Both the position numbers and the translations under genes were made by a program. Shown here piece by piece: positions 13,381 through 23,605 of a stretch of 40,406 nt of DNA. The notes under the pieces are model-generated. The model did no database searches. It saw only the letters and a program-made list of their open reading frames with translations, and had not been told where the DNA came from. Numbering within the stretch: the first letter of the stretch is position 1; each line of letters begins with the position of its first letter. Source of the stretch: Dicyema japonicum (Eukaryota; Animalia; Dicyemida); NCBI GenBank assembly GCA_011109175.1, contig RDEW01000018.1, forward strand, positions 252,638 to 293,043, written 5' to 3'.

Positions 13381-13589
13381 TAAAGTAATTGTCCATTATT
13401 ATATTTGCTAGGGCGTTTATGTATTTTCAATACTCTGAATAAATAAGATACGACCATTTCATAATGAAAGGGATCTTTTCGCCAACTCTGAATAATGAAG
13501 GGAAAATTTTTATTAATGAAAACGAAATTTATGAAAATCAAAACGTAATTTATAATCAGCCACGCAGTGAGGGCGGCAACTACCTGACT

Positions 13590-13910
13590 TTTTTTTATAG
13601 CCTTTTTCACGGAGCCGTGGTATTATCTCCGCATAGGCAGGACACACACTTTATTTAAGTAAAGAACAGTTAATTTTAACTAATCGTAGAACCAAGGAAT
13701 GATCTTCACTTCTTTTTTTTCTTTTTCTTGTGTGTGGGTCCTTTCTAGACAATCCAGTTCCGCAGTGAGAGTCCACTGATGACGGCGTCACTCGTCAAGC
13801 CTTTTAGCATCGTAGATGCGTGGAACCTTCCACCAGGTGAAGCAGCGAGATTCGAACCCGTAGCCTAAGCCACTTAAGCCCGACACCTAACCACTATGCC
13901 AGAATGGGCT
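13590..13910 (-). mobile_element. tRNA-derived SINE (about 320 bp) with Pol III A/B boxes and RTE-like 3' tail
   Basis: Minus strand A box TGGCATAGTGG and B box GGTTCGAATC; closely similar to 21913-22238; A-rich tail. Confidence 0.88.
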
Positions 13911-14949
13911 ACTATTAAATAGAAAAAATATAACCATCATCGTTAGCAAAGGTCCCCCGAACGGCTTCATTTCAGTAAACTAATTCTGTAGATTGGTATA
14001 AATTTCCATTAAAAATTGAGAAACCATATCCAAGTACGGAGTTAATTAAGAACTGTTTCACTTTTCTGAGTCAGTTTAGCCTATTTCCATTTTCTCCATT
14101 GAAAAATATTATCGGAAAATAAATTTTTATTCTATGGGAATGTTTTTGACGTCCACCATCATACCTGGTTGTTTTCCAACAGGCATAATCTTCAAATTAT
14201 GTACGATATTGTGGATTCGGCTATTTCGAAAGACCCGAGTTTTTTTATTCGAATACCCACCATGATGTCTTGTTTTGTACTCTATCTCTGACTCTCGTCG
14301 TTGACTCATGACTCAGACTTCTTTCAGCAGGAGAGGGCTTAAATACCTTTCACATTAACAATCTTTTCTCATTTACAAAGTGGGCCACACCAACGTCCAT
14401 CCAAAATGGACGAACACTCACATTCTTGTGAAGTTGTTATCCAATATGTCCCAAGGGAGGGGTATGGAGAGCTTAATCATTTCTGGTTTATTGCCTCAAT
14501 AATGTTTGAGCATAACTGTTCATCCCAGTCTTGTTGCTTTCAATGTTCTCAGGGATCTCAGTCTTAGACGTTTCCAAATTTCTTGAGCCACACACGCGGG
14601 TCGCTCACGATCCGTTTATGTGGGGTAGGACCTGCCACCTGAGACCGTTAGAAGTGTTTACTAAAGAGAGGAAAGTCGAATGGACGATTTCCAACAGTTA
14701 GCGGATCCCAATTCATCCATGACATACATGACTAATTGACATAAACAGATGCATTGAAATCCTCCAGAATTTATTCATCTGCCAAGGAAAAGGTAGTGTA
14801 ATCTCCAACCACTACAATTTATTCATCTGCCAAGGAAAGATACTATAAATTTTTTTGTAACAAATTATTATTTTACTATCTTAAAAGGTTAATTCTAACT
14901 AAAATGTTCTCTATCCAATTCTTTTCCTCTTCAAGCAACTATGGGAGTA

Positions 14950-15240
14950 TACCCAATTGTCACAGTCCTTTCCTTGTCCTCAATATATATTGACATCACT
15001 TCGCTCACACTCTTCTCTTGAATTCTTCATAATCAGACCGAGAGTAAATATCCTTTATCCCTTCATTAAGTTTATCATAACGCCGCGAAACGTCGACTTC
15101 GTTCCTATATGATACAATCATACTCTCCGACGTCTTTTTGATTACCAGTGATTGAACACACGCATACGTTCTTTCACTTATATTCAAAGATCTGGCATAC
15201 TTCCACGAATGTGAAGTCACTAGGTCATCCCAAATGAAAT
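14950..15240 (-). pseudogene. Unknown repeated protein family, copy 2
   Basis: WKYARSLNISERTYACVQSLVIKKTSESMIVSYRNEV. Confidence 0.5.
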
Positions 15241-15750
15241 ACTAACTATAAATCTAATATATTTAATCTATTTTTTTCGATTAAGTAAATTTTATTGATA
15301 AAATCAACGATGATTGGCTTTTTTATCAAAAAACAAAAAAATAATAAATAAATAATCAATAAAGGTAGAGATTTATAGCACTTTGTTAGCTTGAGTGCTA
15401 TTGAAGGTAGTACTTTTGTTAAAGGCATCTCGTTTTTAATTCTGTAAACAAAAATATCGGTTTAATGGACACGGATAGTTGGAAATAAGATTAAATTAAC
15501 AAAAGTCTGCAAAAGAAAAAATTCTAGAAATATAACATGAAAGTGTGTCAACAGCAAAGAATTCATCAATAATGCAAATAATTAAGGCAGATATAAGTAG
15601 TTTATTAAGAATATAAAACTATGCAGTAAAGCATCAACTAGCAGCAATTACACTTTAAAAACACATCAAAAAAAGTCTTTTAAGTAAATAATCAAAAAAA
15701 AACGATGTGAAAATCATTAAATATATAAAATCCACACAGAGTCCGAAATT

Positions 15751-16972
15751 TCAAGATCTTGGGATCTTTTTAAGCCTCTCTAATCGTCCCTTCATTGAGG
15801 AATTATCCATTGTTAGTTGATCCAAGTTAGAGTTCAAGCTTACAAGCTGCCATAAATCTCCACATAACCTCAGTTTTCAGAGTCCTTCGCTCAGCCCTCA
15901 GGGAGTCCTGTATAGAGTCAGCCTCGATCAGGCGGGACTTAAGCCAATCAATCTGGTTCTCCAATCTCCCAATCTGAAATATTGAAATTCCCTACATTTA
16001 ACTGGAGTCTCTCAGCCTCTCCATCACATTCCTCCATCTTTATCTTTAACGCAGAGACTTGACTGATCCCCTCATCTCCCAATTAACAAAATAGCACTTT
16101 TGATTTCCTCTAGTGCTCTGGCATAGCCCTCCTCGCTTTCTTGGACCGCTTGAAGCATTTGAGCCTCATGTTCAATTCTCTTAGAGTCACTCTCAAGTCG
16201 AAACAGTCTCAGGGACACTTCCAAGTCCCCAATCTCTCGAATCAAAGAGTATATCTTGTCCTGGAAATCGGGATCGGTTATTCTCATGTTCCCAGCATAC
16301 TCATTCACCAAAGCTGCCAATTTCGTCTCCAAAATGGCAACTGGAGGGGTACACTGTAAACTCTCCTGCTGGCAACTAAATAATTTCACGCAATCCGAGT
16401 TATCCTGAGATCACGAATAACAGAACCTTAATAAATCTCTCCCTTAGATCCACCAACTTGTTGTAATATTCTAACTTGTTATGGAGGGCGTTTGAGCGAA
16501 GCCGAGACTGGACCAATTGCTGCAATTATGTCCCCAAAAACCTTGTTGACGGAATAGACGCTTTGCCGAATGTCATGAAGTTTAGACTCTAATTCTGAGC
16601 GTTCGTTCCTATTTAGGGATTTCTAGATGTCGAACAAGTCAAACCTGGTACAAGATCATTTCCTTCTCGTTAGATGACTCGCCCAGTCTAAGCATAGTCT
16701 CGTTGTAAGCCGAATCGATGGCAAAAATTGAGTTGAAACTAGATTTTTCTTCACTCTAAAATAAGGAAAGCTGGTACCTCAGAATCGCTGTCTATTTGAC
16801 GCTGCTGCTTAACCATGGCCCTAAAGGTGATCTGCCTAGCCTCGTCTTCTCTCTGTCTTGAGGCGGCTAAAGACTCCTCTGCCTGTTTGTTAATCTGTCC
16901 AAAGGTGCCCTGAATGTCCTGAGGCTTCTCTGAGTGGTTTCTCTTAAGTAATAAAAATATACTAACAGACAT
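15751..16972 (-). CDS. Orphan coiled-coil-rich protein (about 347 aa), 9 exons
   Basis: Removing GT-AG introns 16966-16943 (24 nt, in-frame so optional), 16777-16756, 16644-16623, 16541-16520, 16426-16405, 16097-16076, 15995-15974, 15868-15847 (each 22 nt) gives one open 1044-nt frame MSRNHSEKPQ...RLKKIPRS*; E/K/L/R heptad-like composition. Confidence 0.85.
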
Positions 16973-17032
16973 TATTACACAAGAATAATGATTTATTAAT
17001 ATTTAAAATTTAAATTACACTTCAACGTGCAA
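16973..17032. promoter_or_regulatory. Putative 60-bp bidirectional promoter / both 5' UTRs
   Basis: Only 60 nt between the two predicted divergent ATGs; AT-rich with near-palindrome atttaaaatttaaat. Confidence 0.6.
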
Positions 17033-19207
17033 ATGGTTTTTCTTAAATTTAAATTTAATAAATCAGTTCTCTTTTCTAAGCAAAGGACTAAGGAAATTGT
17101 CACTGAATCGGACCAGAAGCCAGGTCGGGGTCACTTCCCACTCATCCAGGACTCACAACTGCGGACAGCTCTCATTGGCTGACGTGGATAAATCCGTGAT
17201 TCTTTGTGGATGGGTGAAACATGTGAGGATGCAGACTTTTATTGTAATTGGTGACTCGTTTGGGTCCACTCAGCTCATTATCGATGATGTTGGTCCCTCC
17301 ATGGAAAAAATCACGAAGGAATCCGTCGTTCATGTAGAAGGAACCGTACGGAAACGTCCCTGCGGTATGGCAAATCCCGTCAGTGTTTATAAATAAAGCA
17401 GAATATGTCAACTGGGGAGGTAGAAGTTGTGGTCTCTCGGTTCAATGTGCTAAACAATGTCATCTCTGGTCTCTCAATTCCTGTCGACAGTCACTCCAAA
17501 GTACTTCCTGATCTCATTTTAGAGTTACGAGTCTTCCCTTATGAAATACCGATATCTTCATCTACGGAAACAGGAAATGCAGAGAAATCTTCGATTCCGT
17601 TCTGACTTTGGAGCCTGTTGCCGTGAGTTTCTGATTGAACAGAACGGTAAGTCTCACGGAAATATTCCAGGGTTTGTGGAGGTTGAGACTCCTCTGTTGT
17701 TCAAGAAGACATCCGGGGTACTGATTGGAGACATTGTAGGGAGCCAGAGAGTTCATAGTCCCTACTAAATTCAAGGATATGTTTTACGCTCTTCCGCAGA
17801 GTCCACAACTAGTAATTCCTTATTTTTATCATTGATGAAACAAATGCTTATGGTTGGGGGACTCGACCGGTACTTTCAGTTCGCCCGGTGCTTCAGGGAC
17901 GAAACGACCACGAAAGATCGCCAACCAGAGTTTACACAAGTAAAGGACCGCTCTATATTAGATCGATATTGAAATGTCATTCGTCGAGCCTGAGGGAGTG
18001 ATGGAGTTGACCCAGCAAATGCTGACCTACGTGCTCTCAAATCTTATCAATCTGTCCGATATCGACTTCTCCTTCTCCTCCATGTCTTACAAAACGGCCA
18101 TGACCCTCTACGGGACCGACAAACCGGATCTCCGCTATGACTTTATGGTAGAGTTCTTCATCATGCAGATTGACGATGTCACAAACGTCCCCCAGATACG
18201 CAACATTCTCGTGGACTCTGAGATCTGCTCCCCTACGGACTCCGTGTATGCCTTTACAGTAGATTCCTCTCTTGTTGGTTTCTTTAACTCAGTTTAGGTG
18301 TCTTCGGTCAATTTTTCTAGCATTAAGAAAACGCTTATCAAGGGGGATAATACTAATGTAATTTGATCGCTTCCATTCAGTATCTCCTGATAAAATGGGA
18401 CCTCCCGGTGGGCCCAATGTGCCAAAAACTCTCATCGAATAATGTCAAAACTATCGCTAGAATGCTGGGCCTAAAGAACGGAGACTACTGTTTCATTTCT
18501 TGCGGACTCTACCACATTCCCGTTTTTGGTTGTAAAAATGATAGACAAAGCTGTTGGGGATTGTGAGAACCAAAGTCATTGAGTCGCTTGAATTTACAAG
18601 TTATGGCTTCTTAGTATAGTTTAGAGGCCAAAATATCCCCCAACAATATCCTCAAGTTCACGTGGATTTATGACTTTCCGCTTTTTACCACAAACGAGGG
18701 TAATTAATGATTTTTAAGGCAGAGGGGGATATAGAATCAAGTCATCATCCTTTCACAGTACCCCATCCCGACGATATGACATTGCTCAGCGAAGGTTACT
18801 ACTCTGAGGTGATCCTGAGATTCATTTCCAGGTCAGGGGACGCCAGTTTGATCTTGTGCTGAACGGAGTTGAAGTTGGGGGAGGATCTATTCGGATTCAC
18901 GACCACAAGATGCAAAAACGGATTTTCACCGACTTTCTTAAGGTATTACGGTTTTTTACGGAAGTTGAATGTGGCCGAGATTGGAGAGTTTTTCGATTCA
19001 TTGAAATCCGGGTGTCCCCCACATGGAGGAATCGCCTTGGGATTTGATCGCCTACTGGCTTTAATCCTCAATACAAACAGCATCAGGGACGTCATCGCTT
19101 TCCCTAAATCTTCTGATGGATCAGATCCTCTGTTTGGATGTCCAGCTAAAGTAGATCGTTCAGATCTGATTTACTACCACATTGAAAGTCGTAAAAAGCT
19201 TAACTAA
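17033..19207 (+). CDS. DARS2: Mitochondrial (bacterial-type) aspartyl-tRNA synthetase, about 607 aa, 16 exons
   Basis: Motifs [147 protein letters not shown]. Introns 17036-66, 17379-401, 17501-22, 17647-70, 17718-39, 17812-34, 17940-61, 18148-68, 18274-97, 18358-80, 18522-44, 18600-24, 18700-22, 18809-31, 18943-64. Basic N-terminus [19 protein letters not shown] resembles a transit peptide. Confidence 0.95.
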
Positions 19208-20634
19208 TCTTACTCTGCCTTTTTTCTATTAATGGTTTCATGTAAATTCTCTAATTATGAGGTTTTAGTTAAGTTTTTTAAAACCACCCCTGCGTTTCCC
19301 ATAAGCATATTTATGGTCTCTTTGCTATTGTTCACTCCACATAACCTATCTCCTCGTACGATACGTAGTTCATTGATGTCACCCGCTGTTCATTATACTG
19401 TTTCGGATCTACAATTTAATATATTTAGCATTAAATATTGTGTGATTCACGTGTGTCCAGTTGGTTTATTGTTTGTAGGGTCGAACACTAACATACATGG
19501 TCAAATATTTATTCTTTTTTATTTGTGTCTCTTTACATGACTTTTTTTAATAGTGATAGTAAAACTTGTCAAGTTTGAATCGGGTTTTTATGTGGGTCAT
19601 CGGCTCGTGGATAAATCCTAGACTTGTAACGAGTAGACCCAACCTCTTTCTCTTAACGAGCGAATACCAAATAGTTTGCTATATTGCACTATTTTGATTT
19701 ATGATAAAAATTTAGTAAACGACTTAAAAGACTGTAAATTATATTCTTTTATATTGCATTTCCTTGGACACGCAGTCGTTTCTGTTTCAGGCAGTCTTAT
19801 CACAATGCATTCACATACCGAATAAGCAAAATAATCTTTGTGTTCAAATACCATCCATGGGGGTAAATCTCACTGCTGATGATTAGGGTGCACTGGAGGA
19901 CTTTGACCGATCATTTTATTTATCATGTGTCCCTTTAAGAAAAAGAAATAATGATTAATTGAAACGCAACTGCGGAAAGCGGACGCTATAATTTTCATGT
20001 GGATCTCCTCGTAGAGAAATTACTTAGTTTGTCCAAATGTCAGCCAATGAATGACATGACACGATCAGAGGGAAGTCAATCGTCGAGAAAGAAACCCCAA
20101 TCGCCTTTCTTGAATTTTCTAAAAAACTATAAGTCATATGAAAAGCATAAAAATGTGTGGGTGCTTGTAGGAATAATATCACCTAATTGACTGGTAATTG
20201 ATCTTTCTCTATGCTCGGTTAATAACTGAGTTTAGATTGTATTGCTTCCAAGATTGGCTTAGTCCGCTGACCTTGATCTTCAATAACTAGGCTCAAAACA
20301 ACCAGTTTTTGATAAATGAATTTTTTAAGTATTTACATCAGAATGACACTGGACCAGCTTGATGCCCGTTAGATTTAAATTATCTTTATAATTTTGGAGT
20401 CCAGAGATCCACAGAAACTATGACCATCTGGACTGGTGGGTCGAGATTTTATAACATTGTTACTTGCAGAATAATAGTTATTTCTCAATATCAAGACTTC
20501 AGTACTCTGGAAGAAACTTCGTTTCCTTCTGGGATCCTTTTTACGTAATCCTATAAAAAAGCTGACTTTGTTTACAAGTATTCTATATTCTTTCTTTTGA
20601 CTTTTTATATCTCAAAAAGTCTGAAAAGTTGTGG

Positions 20635-21048
20635 TTTTAAGATAATTATTTCAAATTTTGAATTATGATAGAAATTCGGTATTTTACTTGGATTTAAATA
20701 ATGCACTTTACGAGGACCCACATTAGCTATCGATTCTCCCAGGCAGCAAACACAATTTATTTTGTAAAGAACATCATAACTATGCCATTTTTTTAAAAAG
20801 GGTCATTTTTCATTAATGAGTTTTTTTTAAAGACAATTAATTATAACACAAAATCGAACAGTTAGCAACTGCTGGCTGCTCTCATAATTGAAAACGCGTT
20901 CATTGAGCCAGCTCCTTTCTCTCCTATCGTTTTTCTTCACGATGAGCGAGCCGATCCTGTTTTGAAGGGTCAGTGACCTGCTTCCAACTATTTTTTTCGT
21001 TTCGAATGCCACTGGTTCGAAGATGAATTGTCCTCCAAGACATGCGTA
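20635..21048. repeat. About 415-bp dispersed duplication, second copy at 28115-28544
   Basis: Near-identical text from tttaagataattatttc to ccaagacatgcgta with a few indels and substitutions. Confidence 0.9.
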
Positions 21049-21355
21049 TTTTTTTTATCTTAAGGGTCTCAACCTTCTCCGAAGCTGAGCCTGGGTCAGT
21101 TGCTGTCGTTGAGAGGTTGGAGGAAGAGAGGCTATCGACACAGGTGGCGTCCCAGGCAAGGTATTTACCACTCTCCCATGGGAAGAGAGTGGCTACGTTT
21201 GGTCTTCGGTTAGCTTGAGCAAGTCCAAACGGCTCCAATTGGACAAGAAATCCGTCAGTTTCAAGTCCCCAATGATTCCATTGATTGCGGCGTGTCTAGT
21301 ACTCCTTCCAGCACTCCTCCGGCAGGAGGGAGCATGAAGACCTTTCGTGTCTTGA
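20850..21355 (-). mobile_element. CRE-type RLE 3' fragment
   Basis: KGLHAPSCRRSAGRSTRHAAIN, EPFGL..RRPNVATLFPWESGKYLAWDATCVDSL. Confidence 0.85.
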
Positions 21356-21559
21356 AGAGAATTTTGGATTCTAATTGTGATCATGTTTCCAAAGTTTTAG
21401 CTTATTTGTAAAAAAATATATTTTTGAAATTTTATTGTTAATTGAGGCTCCTAAATTTCTGAGCCTGAATCATTTTAATTTTTGGAAGCTAATAAAAGAA
21501 TTCTCGCAATTAATTTCGATGAGGACACTATTAATTCACGCTTTGATTTTGTGCCATTT

Positions 21560-21810
21560 TAGGATCTTGCTTCCGCTCTACAAGCTGACCGATCAGCCTG
21601 ATAAACTTTGCCGTACTGGTGCAAAGTATATTGAATGATATGTTTGTTTATCTTGGAAGAAGATTACTGACCCTGCTGAACTGCATCGGATCCCATCTCG
21701 AAAGGAGGAAGATGGATATTAGAGGATCTGGATTATTGAGCCCATTTCCTTAAAAATCGTCTTTGGAGATAGGTTTTCAATTCTGAGAGCAGCCAGTCTG
21801 ACTGAATTCA
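21560..21810 (+). mobile_element. CRE-type RLE 3' terminal remnant
   Basis: WIIEPISLKIVFGDRFSILRAASL, matching the ends of the other copies (e.g. tctgagagcagccagt). Confidence 0.6.
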
Positions 21811-21912
21811 GCTTCTAGTAGTTGTTAAGTATTTGTGTAGTTAAATAAAAATTTTCTTTATCAAAGTGTATACTGCAGCTTTGCTCAGTTTTGAATGAGT
21901 TATTGAAACTCT

Positions 21913-22238
21913 TAAAATAATAATAACAGCCTTTTTCACGGAGCCGTGGTATTTATAGCTCCGCATAGGCAGGACACACACTTTATTTTAAGTAAGGAAC
22001 AGTTAATTTTAACTAATCGTAGAACCAAGGAATGATCTTCATTTCTATTTTCTTTTTCTTGTGTGGGTCCTTTTTTGACTATCCAGTTCCGCAGTGAGAG
22101 TCCACTGATGACGGAGTCACTCGTCAAGCCTTTTTAGTATCGTAGATGCGTGGAACCTTTAACCAGGTGAACAGCAGCGAGAATCGAACCCGTAACCTAA
22201 GTTACTTTGCCCGACACCTAACCACTATGCCACCCGGC
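21913..22238 (-). mobile_element. Full-length tRNA-derived SINE with 9-bp TSD
   Basis: Head GCCGGGTGGCATAGTGGTTAG..GGTTCGATTC; (TTA)n tail; TSD tgaaactct at 21904-21912 and 22239-22247. Confidence 0.9.
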
Positions 22239-22569
22239 TGAAACTCTCGAAAAAGAAAGAAATTTTGATAAAAATAATTTTAAAAATTATATAATTATGT
22301 TTTATAATAAATAAAAAATTATTTGGTTGATTTATAAATTTTACGATATTATTCGTTTTTAGAGGACTGGGATCACCTAACTGTCTGACTCTTTTGTCTT
22401 TCTTTCTCGGTGTTCCCGGGGTTATTAAAATAAATAAAAAATGCCATTTTTCAAAATTTATATGACATTTTTGAAATTTTAGTTGCCATAGATGCCGTTT
22501 TTTAGCTGCCATTTTTAGAATTTTAGTTGCCATAAATTGCCCTAATCATAACTAATCGATGAGGGAGAA

Positions 22570-22785
22570 CAAAAGAATGCTCTTCACTTATTTTTTTATT
22601 TTTGTTGGGTGTGATTATTTTTGTAGACGATCCGTTTCCGCATTGAGATGTTTACTGATGACGGCGTCACTCGTCAAACCAAAGCATCGTAGATGCATGG
22701 AACCTTCAGCCGAAATGTACAGCATCGAGATTCGATCTAGGGACCATTAGGCCTTTAGCTCGACACACGTAATACTTCGCCACTT
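22570..22785 (-). mobile_element. Diverged, 3'-truncated SINE copy
   Basis: Same core ctgatgacggcgtcactcgtca..gcatcgtagatgc.tggaacc; degenerate B box gatcgaatc. Confidence 0.75.
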
Positions 22786-23605
22786 AAATTCAAGCACTAA
22801 AAATACATTTTCGATTAGAGTTAATTCCTGAGAATTCGGCAGAAGAAATACCTGATTGATATTATCATTGACACCAAATTGTTTTATCGATTGAAAATAA
22901 ACGTTTCGTAGAATCCTTCTATATTCATTTCTAAATATTTCTGGCTTTTCCAAAAATATCGTCGGGAAACCGAGTGGCTTTTCCAAAGGATATCCCTGGC
23001 AGTAGTCAGAGGTAACAGCCACTCGATCATATCCGCTGGACTCAGTAATTAACTACTCATGTTTCCTAATAATAAATTTTGAATATTTCTTATTTCATAA
23101 ATTCGAGATTTACCAGTCCCATTATTTGAAAAGTTTGAATCACTCAATGGGACTCTAATAATCTCTTTATCTGATAAAATTTTTTTACAGAGTCTAGAAA
23201 ATAATAATTTATTAAAGAAAAAAGTGTGCAAATGGTCATATAGCGGTCGCCCTGACTGCGTGGCTATTCCCTCTCTGGATAGCGAGCAAGATCCGCTCAA
23301 ATAACCAGTAGCGCTCACGTGGGTCATCTGATCATGTAGAAATTCGATTACCTAGACGACTCAAAAAGTTGAAATAAAATATATGCTTAAATAGTATCTA
23401 AATTATTTATAGATTCTAAAAATACTTTCCATAAAAAAAAACTATCATATAGTTTGTGTATTGTTGTAGCTTTGAGACAAACGGAAAGCTAATATTCGCA
23501 GATTTTTTTGGACAGCCATATCCTGAGTGACTATTCTTAATTTTTTTGTTTTTTAATTTTATTTATTTTTTAAACTTTCAAACAACCAATCAAAATTATA
23601 AATAA

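Noticed and set aside
13775-13830. Hammerhead core CTGATGA in the SINE body
   Set aside because: No GAAA after the hairpin, and it lies antisense to the Pol III direction
13841-13910. Functional tRNA gene
   Set aside because: A/B boxes are present but there is no complete cloverleaf or acceptor stem; it continues into a repeated SINE body
14300-14740. GC-richer segment checked for an HDV-like ribozyme or zinc-finger ORF
   Set aside because: Could not build the nested pseudoknot or a coherent reading frame
17124-17149. 26-nt GT-AG candidate intron after an unspliced ATG frame
   Set aside because: Leaves the wrong phase for RTHNCG; intron 17036-17066 gives the right frame and a transit-like peptide
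17033-19207. Frameshifted pseudogene, programmed frameshifting or alternative genetic code for DARS2
   Set aside because: All frame breaks but one are resolved by 21-31 nt GT-AG introns; no in-frame stops remain; Gln uses CAA/CAG and TAA ends the gene, so the ciliate TAR=Gln code is not needed
19232-19900. ORF 19232-19540 or Merlin/ISXO2-like remnant (also 22750-23340, VTSDYCQGYP)
   Set aside because: Only faint motif resemblance with no TIR or TSD found
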